In this document: positions 18,115-27,583 of the stretch, one piece after another
Layout of the letters: every line of letters begins with the position of its first letter
Numbering within the stretch: position 1 is the first letter of the stretch
Sequence record: KT321315.1
DNA: 64,000 bases
Source of the DNA: Enterobacter phage phiEap-3
Reading direction: 5' to 3' (one strand)
Program-made: the position numbers and the translations under genes
The notes under the pieces: generated by a model
Database searches by the model: none
Told to the model about the DNA's origin: nothing
Seen by the model: the letters and a program-made list of their open reading frames with translations, nothing else

Positions 18115-19551
18115 TTAAAATTGAATGTCAGATTTTGCAATCTGTGCCATTTTATCACGTCTGGTAGATTCAGCCTGTTTAATCATCGGGCCTTGTGTCT
18201 GTTCTACTGTTCTAGGCATAGTGTTGCCGTGGTAGTCAGATTTAAACCCGTATTCGCTGTTGTCGGTATCCATCCAGCGCTGATTACCCTTGCGAACTTC
18301 CAGCTTGAACTTGTTGAAAGTGTTCTTATCACCATAACGGGATTTGATTTGCTTGAACAGTTGCATACCCTGATCAGCTAACTCTTCCGTCTCAATCACA
18401 GCTAACATAAAATCAGCCGTAGCAGGTAAACCAGCGGATTCCGCAACATCACCCATACTCACATCCGAACTATCCCATGCAGAACGACCAACCTGTGCGC
18501 CTGTCCACATTACGGTATTAGTTTCAACAGCAAGACCGCGTAGTTCTTCGGCAATTGCTTTAACCAGAATATAGGTATTCTCAGCACCTTTAACACGGGT
18601 TGAAGTACAGATCCCCAGGTAATCGACAATGATCACATCCGGAACAAACTGTTTCTTCAATTTAAGCTCTTTCACAAGCGCTCTAAAGTGGTTTGCACCT
18701 GCACCCGATGTAGGGTACTGCTTGACCACCAAACGCCCAACCTTACCCGCTTTAAGGCGCTCCATTTTGTTCTTATAGTCTGCGTATGTAATGTTCCCTT
18801 CGTCGATGTCATCCATAGTCACATCAAGAAGGTTAGCATCGATACGCTTAGAGCAAACATGCTCTGCCATTTCCATAGAAATGTAAAGAACGTTTTTACC
18901 CTGTTGCAGATAATCAGCCGCAAGAGAACATAAGCCCAGTGATTTACCAACGTTAACACCAGCCATGATGATATTCAGTGTACCACGTTCCGCGCCGCCT
19001 TTGGTGATTGCGTTCAGGATCGGGATACCAAACGGAATTTTCATCGCCTTCGATTGGTAAAGCATCCACCGTTTTTCATAATCTTCGAAATAGTCATGAC
19101 CTACTGAACTATCGAATGAAATTGCTAATGCTTCCTCCATGATTTCAGGGATAGCCCCAACACCAGGAAGTTTCTTGTTCTGTTCTGCCAGTGGTTTTTC
19201 TGCGTTCGCCTGGATTTCGATTGCACGAGAAAGAGCACGATACATTGCTTTATCTTTGCAATATGTTTCCGTTTCCTTCATTAGCCAATCTAAATCTTCT
19301 GGCGCATTTTTCAGCGACTGAATCGCCTTTTTCGTGTCTTCGTAGACTACATCACTTAGATTTCGTTTGTCAAGCGCAACCTCTAAAGCAGTTTTTGACG
19401 GAATGCCGTTGAATTCCTGTACATGTTTATCAATGAGGTCAAACAAAACTTGTGCATTGCCTTCGAAATATTCCTTTTTCAGATGGGGCCATGCTTGGAC
19501 AAAATATGTCCCGTTATAAATCAGGTTAGAAAATATTGTATCAACGATCAT
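18115..19551 (-). CDS. 41: replicative DnaB-like helicase
   Basis: 478 aa; extended alignment to recalled T4 gp41 (GAETGTLNV.MAGVNVGKSLGLCSLAADYLQ). Confidence 0.92.
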   Translation of the reverse strand: MIVDTIFSNLIYNGTYFVQAWPHLKKEYFEGNAQVLFDLIDKHVQEFNGIPSKTALEVALDKRNLSDVVYEDTKKAIQSLKNAPEDLDWLMKETETYCKDKAMYRALSRAIEIQANAEKPLAEQNKKLPGVGAIPEIMEEALAISFDSSVGHDYFEDYEKRWMLYQSKAMKIPFGIPILNAITKGGAERGTLNIIMAGVNVGKSLGLCSLAADYLQQGKNVLYISMEMAEHVCSKRIDANLLDVTMDDIDEGNITYADYKNKMERLKAGKVGRLVVKQYPTSGAGANHFRALVKELKLKKQFVPDVIIVDYLGICTSTRVKGAENTYILVKAIAEELRGLAVETNTVMWTGAQVGRSAWDSSDVSMGDVAESAGLPATADFMLAVIETEELADQGMQLFKQIKSRYGDKNTFNKFKLEVRKGNQRWMDTDNSEYGFKSDYHGNTMPRTVEQTQGPMIKQAESTRRDKMAQIAKSDIQF

Positions 19552-19560
19552 TGTATTGCC

Positions 19561-19881
19561 TTATACCAGGTTGCTGAACATCATGAAAAAGTTGTAAACC
19601 TTTTGTTTGAATACATCCCATAATGTCAGTTTAGGCTTTGGGACAACTGAACCCTTTTCAAGCTCTTTGATCTGTGCATAAATTGCATCATGCACCAGCG
19701 GGATCAACGCTTCTTTGTCTTCGTCTGGGGTACTGAATTCTACTTTCAGCCCATGATCCCAAAACACCTTATGAATATAAACCAGATGCGCAACACCTTT
19801 TTCATCGTTAATCAGAAGTTCCTGAATAACATCTTTCATCGCTTCATCAATATAATTCTTTGCTTTGCTCTCGATATCCAT
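19561..19881 (-). CDS. gp40-position protein
   Basis: 106 aa ORF between uvsX and 41 as in T4; similarity not confirmed. Confidence 0.4.
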   Translation of the reverse strand: MDIESKAKNYIDEAMKDVIQELLINDEKGVAHLVYIHKVFWDHGLKVEFSTPDEDKEALIPLVHDAIYAQIKELEKGSVVPKPKLTLWDVFKQKVYNFFMMFSNLV

Positions 19882-19896
19882 ACATTGCCTCGGTTA

Positions 19897-19913
19897 TGGG
19901 GCCGAAGCCCCAT
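19897..19913. other. GC hairpin GGGGCCGAAGCCCC between uvsX and the gp40-like gene
   Basis: hairpin family member; T-run on the plus side only. Confidence 0.45.
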
Positions 19914-19917
19914 ATTT

Positions 19918-21075
19918 TTATAAAATTTCGTTGTTTTCTTCGATATCATCAAATGATTCTGGGATATCGTCATCATCCAGATCAGGATCTGGGATGCTAT
20001 CAGTGCTGTATAAATCTTCCAGCGCGGAACCATCACTGATTTCACGATCTGGGATCTTATACTTTTCTTCGATAGCTTTCAAGAATGGTTGATGAGTAAA
20101 CAGAGGACGCCAGAATTCAACGCTATTTGTTTCTGACTCACGCCATTTCTTTTCTTCAATTTCGAGTTCGCCAGTCTCAGTATTCAGGAAAGCGCGGTTG
20201 CGCCAGCCTTTGGTTACGGTCTGTACAAAGTTCATTTCCATTGCCAGATCCAAAAGGCCAGAATACATACTAATACCGCCTTCATAGGTAACATGCAGCG
20301 GGAATTTTGATTTCTCTTTCACGAATCGAGATTTTTCGATATTCATGATGAAATCATAACCCACCACCTCAGTACCTTCTTTCACCTGTTGTTTACCCAG
20401 GATGATCGCAGTATCAGCGGAATACATTAAACCAGTACCACCGGAAATAACTTTCTTGCTGTACATTTCTTGCGTGTCATAGGTATGACAGATACAAACC
20501 ATCGGGATATCCAGGTCAGCCAGATAAGGCGTAACCATACGGAACATACCTTTTAATGCTTTTGCTCGCGTCATATCCTGTTTATCGTTATCAGACAGCG
20601 CGTCAGCAAGTTCTTTTTTACTTGCCGTGTTGCCTACTGAGTCAACGAATACAATCACCTTATCACCGCGTTCAAGCGCGTTAAGCTGGCTTACAACGTC
20701 ATTACGCAACTGCTCGACCGTCGTGATACGAGTATACACAACACGATCCGGATCAACACCCATTGATTTCAGATAGGATTTAGTAACACCTTTTTCTGAA
20801 TCGTAGAACAGGCACACAGCATCTTCATACGTTTTGAGATAAGCCGCTACGGTCAGCAAACCTAAGTTTGATTTGAAGTGTTTGGACGGGCCAGCGAAAA
20901 GGGTAAGACCAGAAGTTAGGCCACCGTTAAACGCACCGGACAACGCCAGATTCAGAATCGGCACACGGGTTCGCGTGATGGTAATATTGTTGAATACGTC
21001 GCTTTCAGAAAGTACAGATGCAGTTTGGCTATTCGAGTTTTTGATCAGTTTTTTTAGTAGTGCTTTGTTTGACAT
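19918..21075 (-). CDS. uvsX: UvsX RecA-like recombinase
   Basis: 385 aa; aligns throughout with recalled T4 UvsX (LFAGPSKHFKSN, MTRAKALKGMFRMVTPY). Confidence 0.92.
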   Translation of the reverse strand: MSNKALLKKLIKNSNSQTASVLSESDVFNNITITRTRVPILNLALSGAFNGGLTSGLTLFAGPSKHFKSNLGLLTVAAYLKTYEDAVCLFYDSEKGVTKSYLKSMGVDPDRVVYTRITTVEQLRNDVVSQLNALERGDKVIVFVDSVGNTASKKELADALSDNDKQDMTRAKALKGMFRMVTPYLADLDIPMVCICHTYDTQEMYSKKVISGGTGLMYSADTAIILGKQQVKEGTEVVGYDFIMNIEKSRFVKEKSKFPLHVTYEGGISMYSGLLDLAMEMNFVQTVTKGWRNRAFLNTETGELEIEEKKWRESETNSVEFWRPLFTHQPFLKAIEEKYKIPDREISDGSALEDLYSTDSIPDPDLDDDDIPESFDDIEENNEIL

Positions 21076-21128
21076 TTAATTTTTCCGATTTATTCATTGT
21101 CATTCTATATATCTCACTAGTTAATGAA

Positions 21129-21144
21129 AGGGGCCGAAGCCCCT
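21129..21144 (-). other. GC hairpin AGGGGCCGAAGCCCCT between genes 43 and uvsX
   Basis: hairpin family member. Confidence 0.45.
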
Positions 21145-21149
21145 AGAGT

Positions 21150-23849
21150 TTACCAGTCACCGAACAGGTCGTTTAAACTGGCACGTTTTTCATAATCAAT
21201 TTTACATACTTCTGTGATGTTAGTCAATGGACTAATAACATGTTTTTCAAACATACCCGGATAATCTACCCATGCGAGAATATCACTTTCGATCTCTGCT
21301 GGTAGTCTATTTCCGGATTGCCACGCGATGCAATCAGCTTGCCACGGGTTTTTATCCCTTAGTGGTAGAACCATTACCTTTTCACCTTCCATGATTGGTG
21401 TAACACCATCAATACCAGCAGTGAAACGGTTAAAGAACAGCACCCCTTTAATATGGTTTGGTGTTCCCTTTATTGGATAGCCAGCACCATCGCGATATTT
21501 CGAAATGTTGTTGGCAGATGATACACCAGCAATTTCCCTGTAGTCAAGCTCCTTATATTCTTCTTCGAACTTTTTATAATGTTCGTGCAAAGATAATTCA
21601 CCTTCTTGCAGGATACGGCGGATCGCTTCTTTCAGGAATACTTTCACAGAGGTCGGAGTACTCGATCGCTGTGTTTCCATACCCATGATTTTCAATTTCG
21701 GTTTTTCATAGCGGGTTCCTTCGGAGTCCCACACGTTAGCCGCATATCGTTTTTTAGCAGTCCAGAAACTTCCCAATCCTTCGGAACCCAGCGGAGGCCC
21801 AGAAATGATTTCACGATCCATAAACATCAGGTGTTCCACGTTGTTCATGTATTCGCAAAGTTCACGATACCCTTTATCGATCATCGGTTCCATTCTTTCT
21901 TTAGCAAAGCGATCCAGGAAGTCAACCCAATGGTTATTATCCTTAAATTTAGCCTCACCGCCAACTTTTGCAATCACGTTATCCATGCAAACATAAATGG
22001 AGTCAGTATCACAGTATCGAACATATGCATGATCCGTAGTACCGCACAGGTCATTAAGGTATTCGTTTACCTTACGTTCAATCCACTGGATAGCCAACTG
22101 CCCGAACATGGTGATCGCGCTGGCGTTTCGTAGATCGAAGTATCGGAAGTGTTCATTACCCAACGCACCATAAAGGGAGTTGATAGAAATCTTACGGTTA
22201 AGCTGTGCTGTGTTCGCTTGTGCGATCTTCTTCTCACACACGCGCTTAACTGCTTTAAGCATTTGTTTCGTAAGAGTTTTCAGAACTGCTTTCGATTCAT
22301 CACTGAAATCTGTATAGAAATCAAAGTCAGGATCAACCATTTGGTTATGCGCGTCTGTTAAATGTTCGAGTTCATGCTTGATGAGTTCAAGATTTCGCTC
22401 ACCCGCCATCATTCGTTTTTTCCACATCTTACGCTGATCAAATACTTTCTTGATCTCTACTGGGATCACGCCTTTGATATCACGGCGGAACATCCACCCG
22501 TTAGGAGAACAGCTAAATTCATCGCTAGGGCGCGGCGCTGTCTTATTAATATACTCTTCAAGAGCACGTACCGCAAAACTTCCCATAATCGTTTCAGGGC
22601 TTATATTCACCTGTCGGATGATGGAAGGGTACAGGCTTGTTAAGTCGAACGATACCATGTATTTGTAAGGCCCAGGAACAGGATCCTTCACAAATGCCCC
22701 AGGGTAAGGGGTTTTAGTATGGCGTCGGTTTTCCGGAATAACAACCTTATCTTCACGCAGAGAGTTATAAATGATCGCGTCCCACGTTTTCAGCGGAGAC
22801 ATAACCCCAGGGAAGTTAATTTTTGCATAGTACGCTACAGACAGAACCAGTTCAATAAAGTTTCGTTTACCATCGATATCAAGTACACGGATAACGTCAA
22901 CAATGTTGTACGTGATGTACAGTTGGTGATCTCGCTGGCGTAGTTCAGACAGGGAACCTTCATACTCAACTTTATTTTTACCAGTTTCGTATTCCGCGAT
23001 CGCGTCCAGGCGGTAAGATGGTTGCGGGGTAAAGCTGAATTTCTTATACAGCGCCATACCATCCATTTGAGCAACGCCGGAAATATCATATCCTAACTGT
23101 TCGTTGCCGTAAGCGTCAGTAGTGGTTCTGGCGGTTACTTTACCAAACGGGCTAAAATGCCTTACCACGTTTTGACCGAAAATGTTCAGGTATCGCGTGA
23201 TGATATATGCAATATCGAATTTGTCAGAGTTCCATCCGGTTACAATAACAGGGGTTCGCTCTTTCCAATCTTTGATATACGCAGACAATAACGACTTCTC
23301 GGTCTGGAAAGACCGATAAACAATTTTGTTTAAATCTTCTTCGCTAATGTCTTTGCGATCAACGTTTGCAGCGCACCATTCAGCAAGGCCACCCTCAACC
23401 AGATCGTATACATAGAATTTATCTTCGATGCTATCGTAATGGGTAATCGCATCGATTGGATATTTCGCTTCACGCGGATCCGGAAATTCCGGAGCGGTCA
23501 CCTCGATATCGAGAGAAGCAATACGAATGTGTTCGCGGTTGTATTCAATTTCATTCCGGTACATGTCAGAAATGTATGCCAGGCGGTAATCATCCATACC
23601 TAGCGCTTCCATTCCAACATCGCGCATACGCTGCATCCAGTTTTTAGCTTCTTTGATGCTGTCAAACTGTTTTTTGAGGCAAGGCTTGCCGTAAATGTCT
23701 TTGTATGGGGTTTCTACGCCATTCATAGCGTGTTGATACATTACTGGCGCATATTTCGTCTTACGTACCTGTTCGGTGCCGTTAGAGTCAACGAAGCGCT
23801 CATAAATGGTATCTCCCATTTGTTCAACTGATAGGTAAAATTCATTCAT
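21150..23849 (-). CDS. 43: family-B DNA polymerase
   Basis: 899 aa; exo and pol motifs (YCDTDS, SLYPSII, KxxxNSLYG); size equals T4 gp43. Confidence 0.95.
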   Translation of the reverse strand: MNEFYLSVEQMGDTIYERFVDSNGTEQVRKTKYAPVMYQHAMNGVETPYKDIYGKPCLKKQFDSIKEAKNWMQRMRDVGMEALGMDDYRLAYISDMYRNEIEYNREHIRIASLDIEVTAPEFPDPREAKYPIDAITHYDSIEDKFYVYDLVEGGLAEWCAANVDRKDISEEDLNKIVYRSFQTEKSLLSAYIKDWKERTPVIVTGWNSDKFDIAYIITRYLNIFGQNVVRHFSPFGKVTARTTTDAYGNEQLGYDISGVAQMDGMALYKKFSFTPQPSYRLDAIAEYETGKNKVEYEGSLSELRQRDHQLYITYNIVDVIRVLDIDGKRNFIELVLSVAYYAKINFPGVMSPLKTWDAIIYNSLREDKVVIPENRRHTKTPYPGAFVKDPVPGPYKYMVSFDLTSLYPSIIRQVNISPETIMGSFAVRALEEYINKTAPRPSDEFSCSPNGWMFRRDIKGVIPVEIKKVFDQRKMWKKRMMAGERNLELIKHELEHLTDAHNQMVDPDFDFYTDFSDESKAVLKTLTKQMLKAVKRVCEKKIAQANTAQLNRKISINSLYGALGNEHFRYFDLRNASAITMFGQLAIQWIERKVNEYLNDLCGTTDHAYVRYCDTDSIYVCMDNVIAKVGGEAKFKDNNHWVDFLDRFAKERMEPMIDKGYRELCEYMNNVEHLMFMDREIISGPPLGSEGLGSFWTAKKRYAANVWDSEGTRYEKPKLKIMGMETQRSSTPTSVKVFLKEAIRRILQEGELSLHEHYKKFEEEYKELDYREIAGVSSANNISKYRDGAGYPIKGTPNHIKGVLFFNRFTAGIDGVTPIMEGEKVMVLPLRDKNPWQADCIAWQSGNRLPAEIESDILAWVDYPGMFEKHVISPLTNITEVCKIDYEKRASLNDLFGDW

Positions 23850-23895
23850 TGGATCTTGTCTTCTCCATTAATATAATGTTCCATTGTAACACCAC

Positions 23896-24225
23896 CTACA
23901 GCAAATTCAAGTTTACTCGATGTTCTAAAACCAACAACCCTTCTGCTAACAAGTCGCGGATCTTTCTCAGTTGAACAAGCTGGCGTTCAAGTTTAAACCC
24001 GTCGAATAACATGCTGAAAATACTGGAATTGACACTATGATATTTTGCTTCTGCAATGCCCTGGTTAACCATCATGATAGCTTTGTTAACCATTAGTTTC
24101 CTTTCCGTTACTGTATGTTCATCCAGTTGACAGGTTGCAAGGGAAACCAAATCATCATAAGCACGTTGGTCAATAACGTTATCCATACGGGCCGCGAAAA
24201 TCTTATTCATGTAAGTGCGGATCAT
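23896..24225 (-). CDS. hypothetical protein
   Basis: 109 aa ORF. Confidence 0.45.
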   Translation of the reverse strand: MIRTYMNKIFAARMDNVIDQRAYDDLVSLATCQLDEHTVTERKLMVNKAIMMVNQGIAEAKYHSVNSSIFSMLFDGFKLERQLVQLRKIRDLLAEGLLVLEHRVNLNLL

Positions 24226-24509
24226 TGCGCGTCCTCCATTCTTTTCATAAAGACTTCTTTTGCTTGTTGGATCAAGTCCAGAGATTTTTTAATTCGCTCA
24301 TAGAAATGAGTGGTTTCAACTTGATTGCATAACAATGTGTACTCTGAAATGTTACGATCGTAAAATCCAGGAAAGTAGTGCTGTGCATAGCTGTAAGTGC
24401 GGGTATCTGACAGATTGCAAGTTAACGATAACAAGATGTCATCTTTCACAATCGGGATGATTAAAGTTTCGTTGGATTTGATTGAATCAATGATTTCGTT
24501 AATAGTCAT
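24222..24509 (-). CDS. hypothetical protein
   Basis: 95 aa ORF. Confidence 0.45.
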   Translation of the reverse strand: MTINEIIDSIKSNETLIIPIVKDDILLSLTCNLSDTRTYSYAQHYFPGFYDRNISEYTLLCNQVETTHFYERIKKSLDLIQQAKEVFMKRMEDAQ

Positions 24510-24547
24510 AATATATCCCTCTCAATGGTGTACACCCAATATAACAA

Positions 24548-24576
24548 AGCCCCTGCACGAATGCAAGGGCTTTTTG
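24548..24576. terminator. long-stem hairpin with CGAA loop flanked by A-run and T-run
   Basis: AGCCCCTGCACGAATGCAAGGGCTTTTTG, downstream of regA. Confidence 0.5.
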
Positions 24577-24577
24577 A

Positions 24578-24940
24578 TTAGTGACCGATCCGGTACTTGT
24601 ACTTGAGGATCCAATCTGCTTTTTGCGAGTGAGTCAGTACGCGGAAGTTGTTTTCTTCTGCAAACTTCAACCCAGGGGTTACGATCTTAACCATGCCCCA
24701 CTCTTCGAGAAGTCGCGCAATGTTGTTCCGGCGTAGTTCGTCTTCTTCCGTCATATCGACTTGACGACCATCGAGTTTCAACAGTTCTTTAAAATGCACG
24801 ATAAAATACTTACCTTGCTTTTTCAGAATGTGGCACGATTGCCAGAGCATTTTCTTTTTGTTGTTTGCAATACCAATACGGGTTAGCGTTTCACGGATCT
24901 TTAAAAAAGAATCGTCGCTGATTAGTTGAATTTCTAACAT
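24578..24940 (-). CDS. regA: RegA translational repressor
   Basis: 120 aa; near-colinear with recalled T4 RegA (FLK..ETLTR.GIANNK, QSCHIL.K.G.Y.IVHFKE). Confidence 0.88.
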   Translation of the reverse strand: MLEIQLISDDSFLKIRETLTRIGIANNKKKMLWQSCHILKKQGKYFIVHFKELLKLDGRQVDMTEEDELRRNNIARLLEEWGMVKIVTPGLKFAEENNFRVLTHSQKADWILKYKYRIGH

Positions 24941-24943
24941 ACA

Positions 24944-25507
24944 TCACCATTGTTTAATCAATTTTTCCAATTTCTTTTGTTCAGCTTTGTTTTTCACAAT
25001 ACCCAACAAAGACAGAGCGACCTTTGCGTGTTTTCTTTTCCAATCCTCGAACATTCCGAGGTCTTTAAGTTCCTGCAAATATTCCATCGCTGTACGTGTA
25101 TTTACACTGTATTTTTCGCGAAGGATTTCGATAATAATTTTCTCTTCAAAATCTTCCGATAGTTTAGCCCATGCACCGAAGCGTTTAGCCTTCCTAACAG
25201 AGTTGAGATAATAGTTATAGTGCATTTGGTCAGAGATACTACCGCCTACCAGATTCATCACATAAGCGTTATATATCGTGTCTATGTGCTGGCTCATTGC
25301 GTTGTCTACAAAGTACTTATCATACACATCATCGATAACCAACGGAGTTTTACCGTTGTTGATTTCATCTATGATGTTAAACAAGGTGTTTTCTTTATCC
25401 TTGCCGTACTCTTTGACCAGTTCTTCAACCTTATCCCAATCTTTAGAAAGCCAAGCGGATTCATGCGGGGATAACTCTTCTTCATCCAGAAATTCCGCCA
25501 GGCTCAT
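24944..25507 (-). CDS. 62: clamp-loader small subunit
   Basis: 187 aa, same length as T4 gp62; C-terminal KEQK.L.KL..W. Confidence 0.8.
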   Translation of the reverse strand: MSLAEFLDEEELSPHESAWLSKDWDKVEELVKEYGKDKENTLFNIIDEINNGKTPLVIDDVYDKYFVDNAMSQHIDTIYNAYVMNLVGGSISDQMHYNYYLNSVRKAKRFGAWAKLSEDFEEKIIIEILREKYSVNTRTAMEYLQELKDLGMFEDWKRKHAKVALSLLGIVKNKAEQKKLEKLIKQW

Positions 25508-25509
25508 GA

Positions 25510-26508
25510 TTACGCCTCCCAGACCATAGAAAGCATCAGGTTCATCAACAGATATTGCAGATGAATTTCTTTATTCATCGCCAGCCCATATTGCGCGTTG
25601 TTTTCGCCTACAATCTGGATCAGCGCGATTTTCGAATCCTGATTCACGATCGGGTAAATCGTATCAGTCAATTTTCCGATAAAGGTATCGTATTCTGACG
25701 CATATTTAATAACCTCAGAGCGCAACCCTTTATAGTTCTTTTCTTTCAGCAGGGTAATGATATGAGACACATCAGAACCAACGATCTCATTCAGGATCCC
25801 AGCATCAATTTCACCACGTTTCGAGTAGAACCCGATCGCTTTGATAATAGAACGCGCATCCGGATAATGCTCTTTAACAAACGCTGCAATGACTTTAGGA
25901 TCATACTTGATATTCTCGATTTCAAGGATACCGAAACAACGCTTGATTAACTGTTTCATCAGTTCGATACGTTCAGCATCAGACGGAACACCGAATTTAA
26001 CAGGAGGACAACGAGAAAGCAGAGCACTATGCACACCGTTAATGTTGTTCGCCGTTACAATCACAGAAACGTTTTTACTGTATGCTTCGATAAAGCTACG
26101 TAAGTGTTTCTGTGCTTCCGCCATACCAGAACGATCGAATTCATCAATGATGATAATCTTTCCGCCTGGTTTCTGCGTCATTGATGAAGCAAAACGATCC
26201 AGTTCATTACGAATGAAGTTTACACCACAGTTCGAACCGTTGACAAAGAACACCTCAGCATCAACCTCACGGGCCAACACAAGCGCGAGGGTCGTTTTAC
26301 CAGTGCCAGGGGAATCAGATACAAGGGTCATGTTCTCAACGCGCCCAGATTTGATTATGCCCCGCATAGCGGCTTTGTCGCCAGAAGGTAAAATACACTC
26401 TTCAATCGTTGTTGGGCGATAGCGCTGATCCCATGCAAATTCATCAGGAGATCGAGAGATTTTACCGTATTTGGTTTCGATGATTTCAATATTTTCACTA
26501 AGTTCCAT
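25510..26508 (-). CDS. 44: clamp-loader AAA+ subunit
   Basis: 332 aa; SPGTGKTT, IIDEFDRSG.AE.Q.HLRSF.EAYS match T4 gp44. Confidence 0.92.
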   Translation of the reverse strand: MELSENIEIIETKYGKISRSPDEFAWDQRYRPTTIEECILPSGDKAAMRGIIKSGRVENMTLVSDSPGTGKTTLALVLAREVDAEVFFVNGSNCGVNFIRNELDRFASSMTQKPGGKIIIIDEFDRSGMAEAQKHLRSFIEAYSKNVSVIVTANNINGVHSALLSRCPPVKFGVPSDAERIELMKQLIKRCFGILEIENIKYDPKVIAAFVKEHYPDARSIIKAIGFYSKRGEIDAGILNEIVGSDVSHIITLLKEKNYKGLRSEVIKYASEYDTFIGKLTDTIYPIVNQDSKIALIQIVGENNAQYGLAMNKEIHLQYLLMNLMLSMVWEA

Positions 26509-26538
26509 AATATACCTTCAAAATAAATGGTGTAAAAG

Positions 26539-26556
26539 AAAGGGGCCGTAGCCCCT
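26539..26556 (-). other. GC hairpin AAGGGGCCGTAGCCCCTT between genes 45 and 44
   Basis: hairpin family member, followed by a T-rich tract on the minus strand. Confidence 0.5.
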
Positions 26557-26566
26557 TAAAACTATC

Positions 26567-27232
26567 TTACTTGAATGTGCTACTTGCTTCAAGTACTACG
26601 ACGTAAGCAACGCCGTTATCAGAAGAGAATTTTGCGGCCCCTTTGGAGGAAATCTCTACTTTGTAATCGCTGTTGATGAACTGCATGTTATCAATCTTCA
26701 TATCAAAATTGAAAACATTGTCGCCTTCATACTCACCGACTTCAACAGAGAAAGTTGATTGACTTTCTTTGCTTTTCGCGGTGATGACCAGTTTACCATC
26801 AATCGGTTCGACGGACAGGTCGGTCAGTTTCATCATGCGAGACGCTTTGATCAGTTTTTCGAAATCGTTAGCCGTAATCTGGAAAATCAGATCTGCTACT
26901 GGCATCACCAGACGTTTTTTCGGTTTCGGGATCGTGGTTGCGTCTGCTGAACGTTCGATGATCTTCATCTTGTCACCGCGAATCACGATTTCACCAGTGG
27001 AAATATCATGAGTGATTTCCGCGTCAGTGCCGACGATGTTCAGCATGTTCAGGAATGAGTTGAGATCGTAGATACCAACATCTTCATCAATCACATCAGC
27101 AATTTCAGCTTCTGCGTATACAACGCTGTTGATTGATTTCGTCATGATGAATGAACCTTTGGTCAGCATGATCGAAGAGTTGATTTGAGAAAAGTTTTTC
27201 AGGATATCAATAGTTTGTTTAGAGAATTTCAT
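26567..27232 (-). CDS. 45: sliding clamp
   Basis: 221 aa; aligns with T4 gp45 (MKFSK.T...LKNF..INS.IML..G.FIMT...N). Confidence 0.88.
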   Translation of the reverse strand: MKFSKQTIDILKNFSQINSSIMLTKGSFIMTKSINSVVYAEAEIADVIDEDVGIYDLNSFLNMLNIVGTDAEITHDISTGEIVIRGDKMKIIERSADATTIPKPKKRLVMPVADLIFQITANDFEKLIKASRMMKLTDLSVEPIDGKLVITAKSKESQSTFSVEVGEYEGDNVFNFDMKIDNMQFINSDYKVEISSKGAAKFSSDNGVAYVVVLEASSTFK

Positions 27233-27258
27233 ATTCAGCCTTTAGTTTTCAATAAGTG

Positions 27259-27528
27259 TTACTTAATAAGTGATTTTACAACGGTTTCTGCTGCTGTGTC
27301 AAGCATATCAGCCATTTCTTTAACGGTTGTACGCTTCGGATCTTCGCGGCGTTCGCTGGTAAGTTTACGATGTTCCGCAACCACTTTTTCATCAATGTCA
27401 CGATAGTGTTTAAAACGTTCCTCTTGAGGCATAGCTTTAAACAGTTCTTTTGTTTCGTCCGAGAGTTTAGCAACCCAGGATTTACGGACGCGGTTCATGT
27501 AGTCAACAAAAACATTACTTTCATTCAT
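27259..27528 (-). CDS. hypothetical protein
   Basis: 89 aa ORF between 32 and 45. Confidence 0.45.
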   Translation of the reverse strand: MNESNVFVDYMNRVRKSWVAKLSDETKELFKAMPQEERFKHYRDIDEKVVAEHRKLTSERREDPKRTTVKEMADMLDTAAETVVKSLIK

Positions 27529-27560
27529 ATATTTCTTCTCTAACTTAGAATTCTTTGAGT

Positions 27561-27576
27561 GGGGGCCGAAGCCCCC
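27561..27576 (-). other. GC hairpin GGGGGCCGAAGCCCCC immediately after gene 32
   Basis: hairpin family member. Confidence 0.5.
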
Positions 27577-27583
27577 GCTTGTA

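Noticed and set aside
21458-22643. Several 60-175-aa plus-strand ORFs
   Set aside because: All lie antisense inside the DNA polymerase gene; spurious.
25889-26422. 177-aa plus-strand ORF
   Set aside because: Antisense to clamp-loader gene 44.
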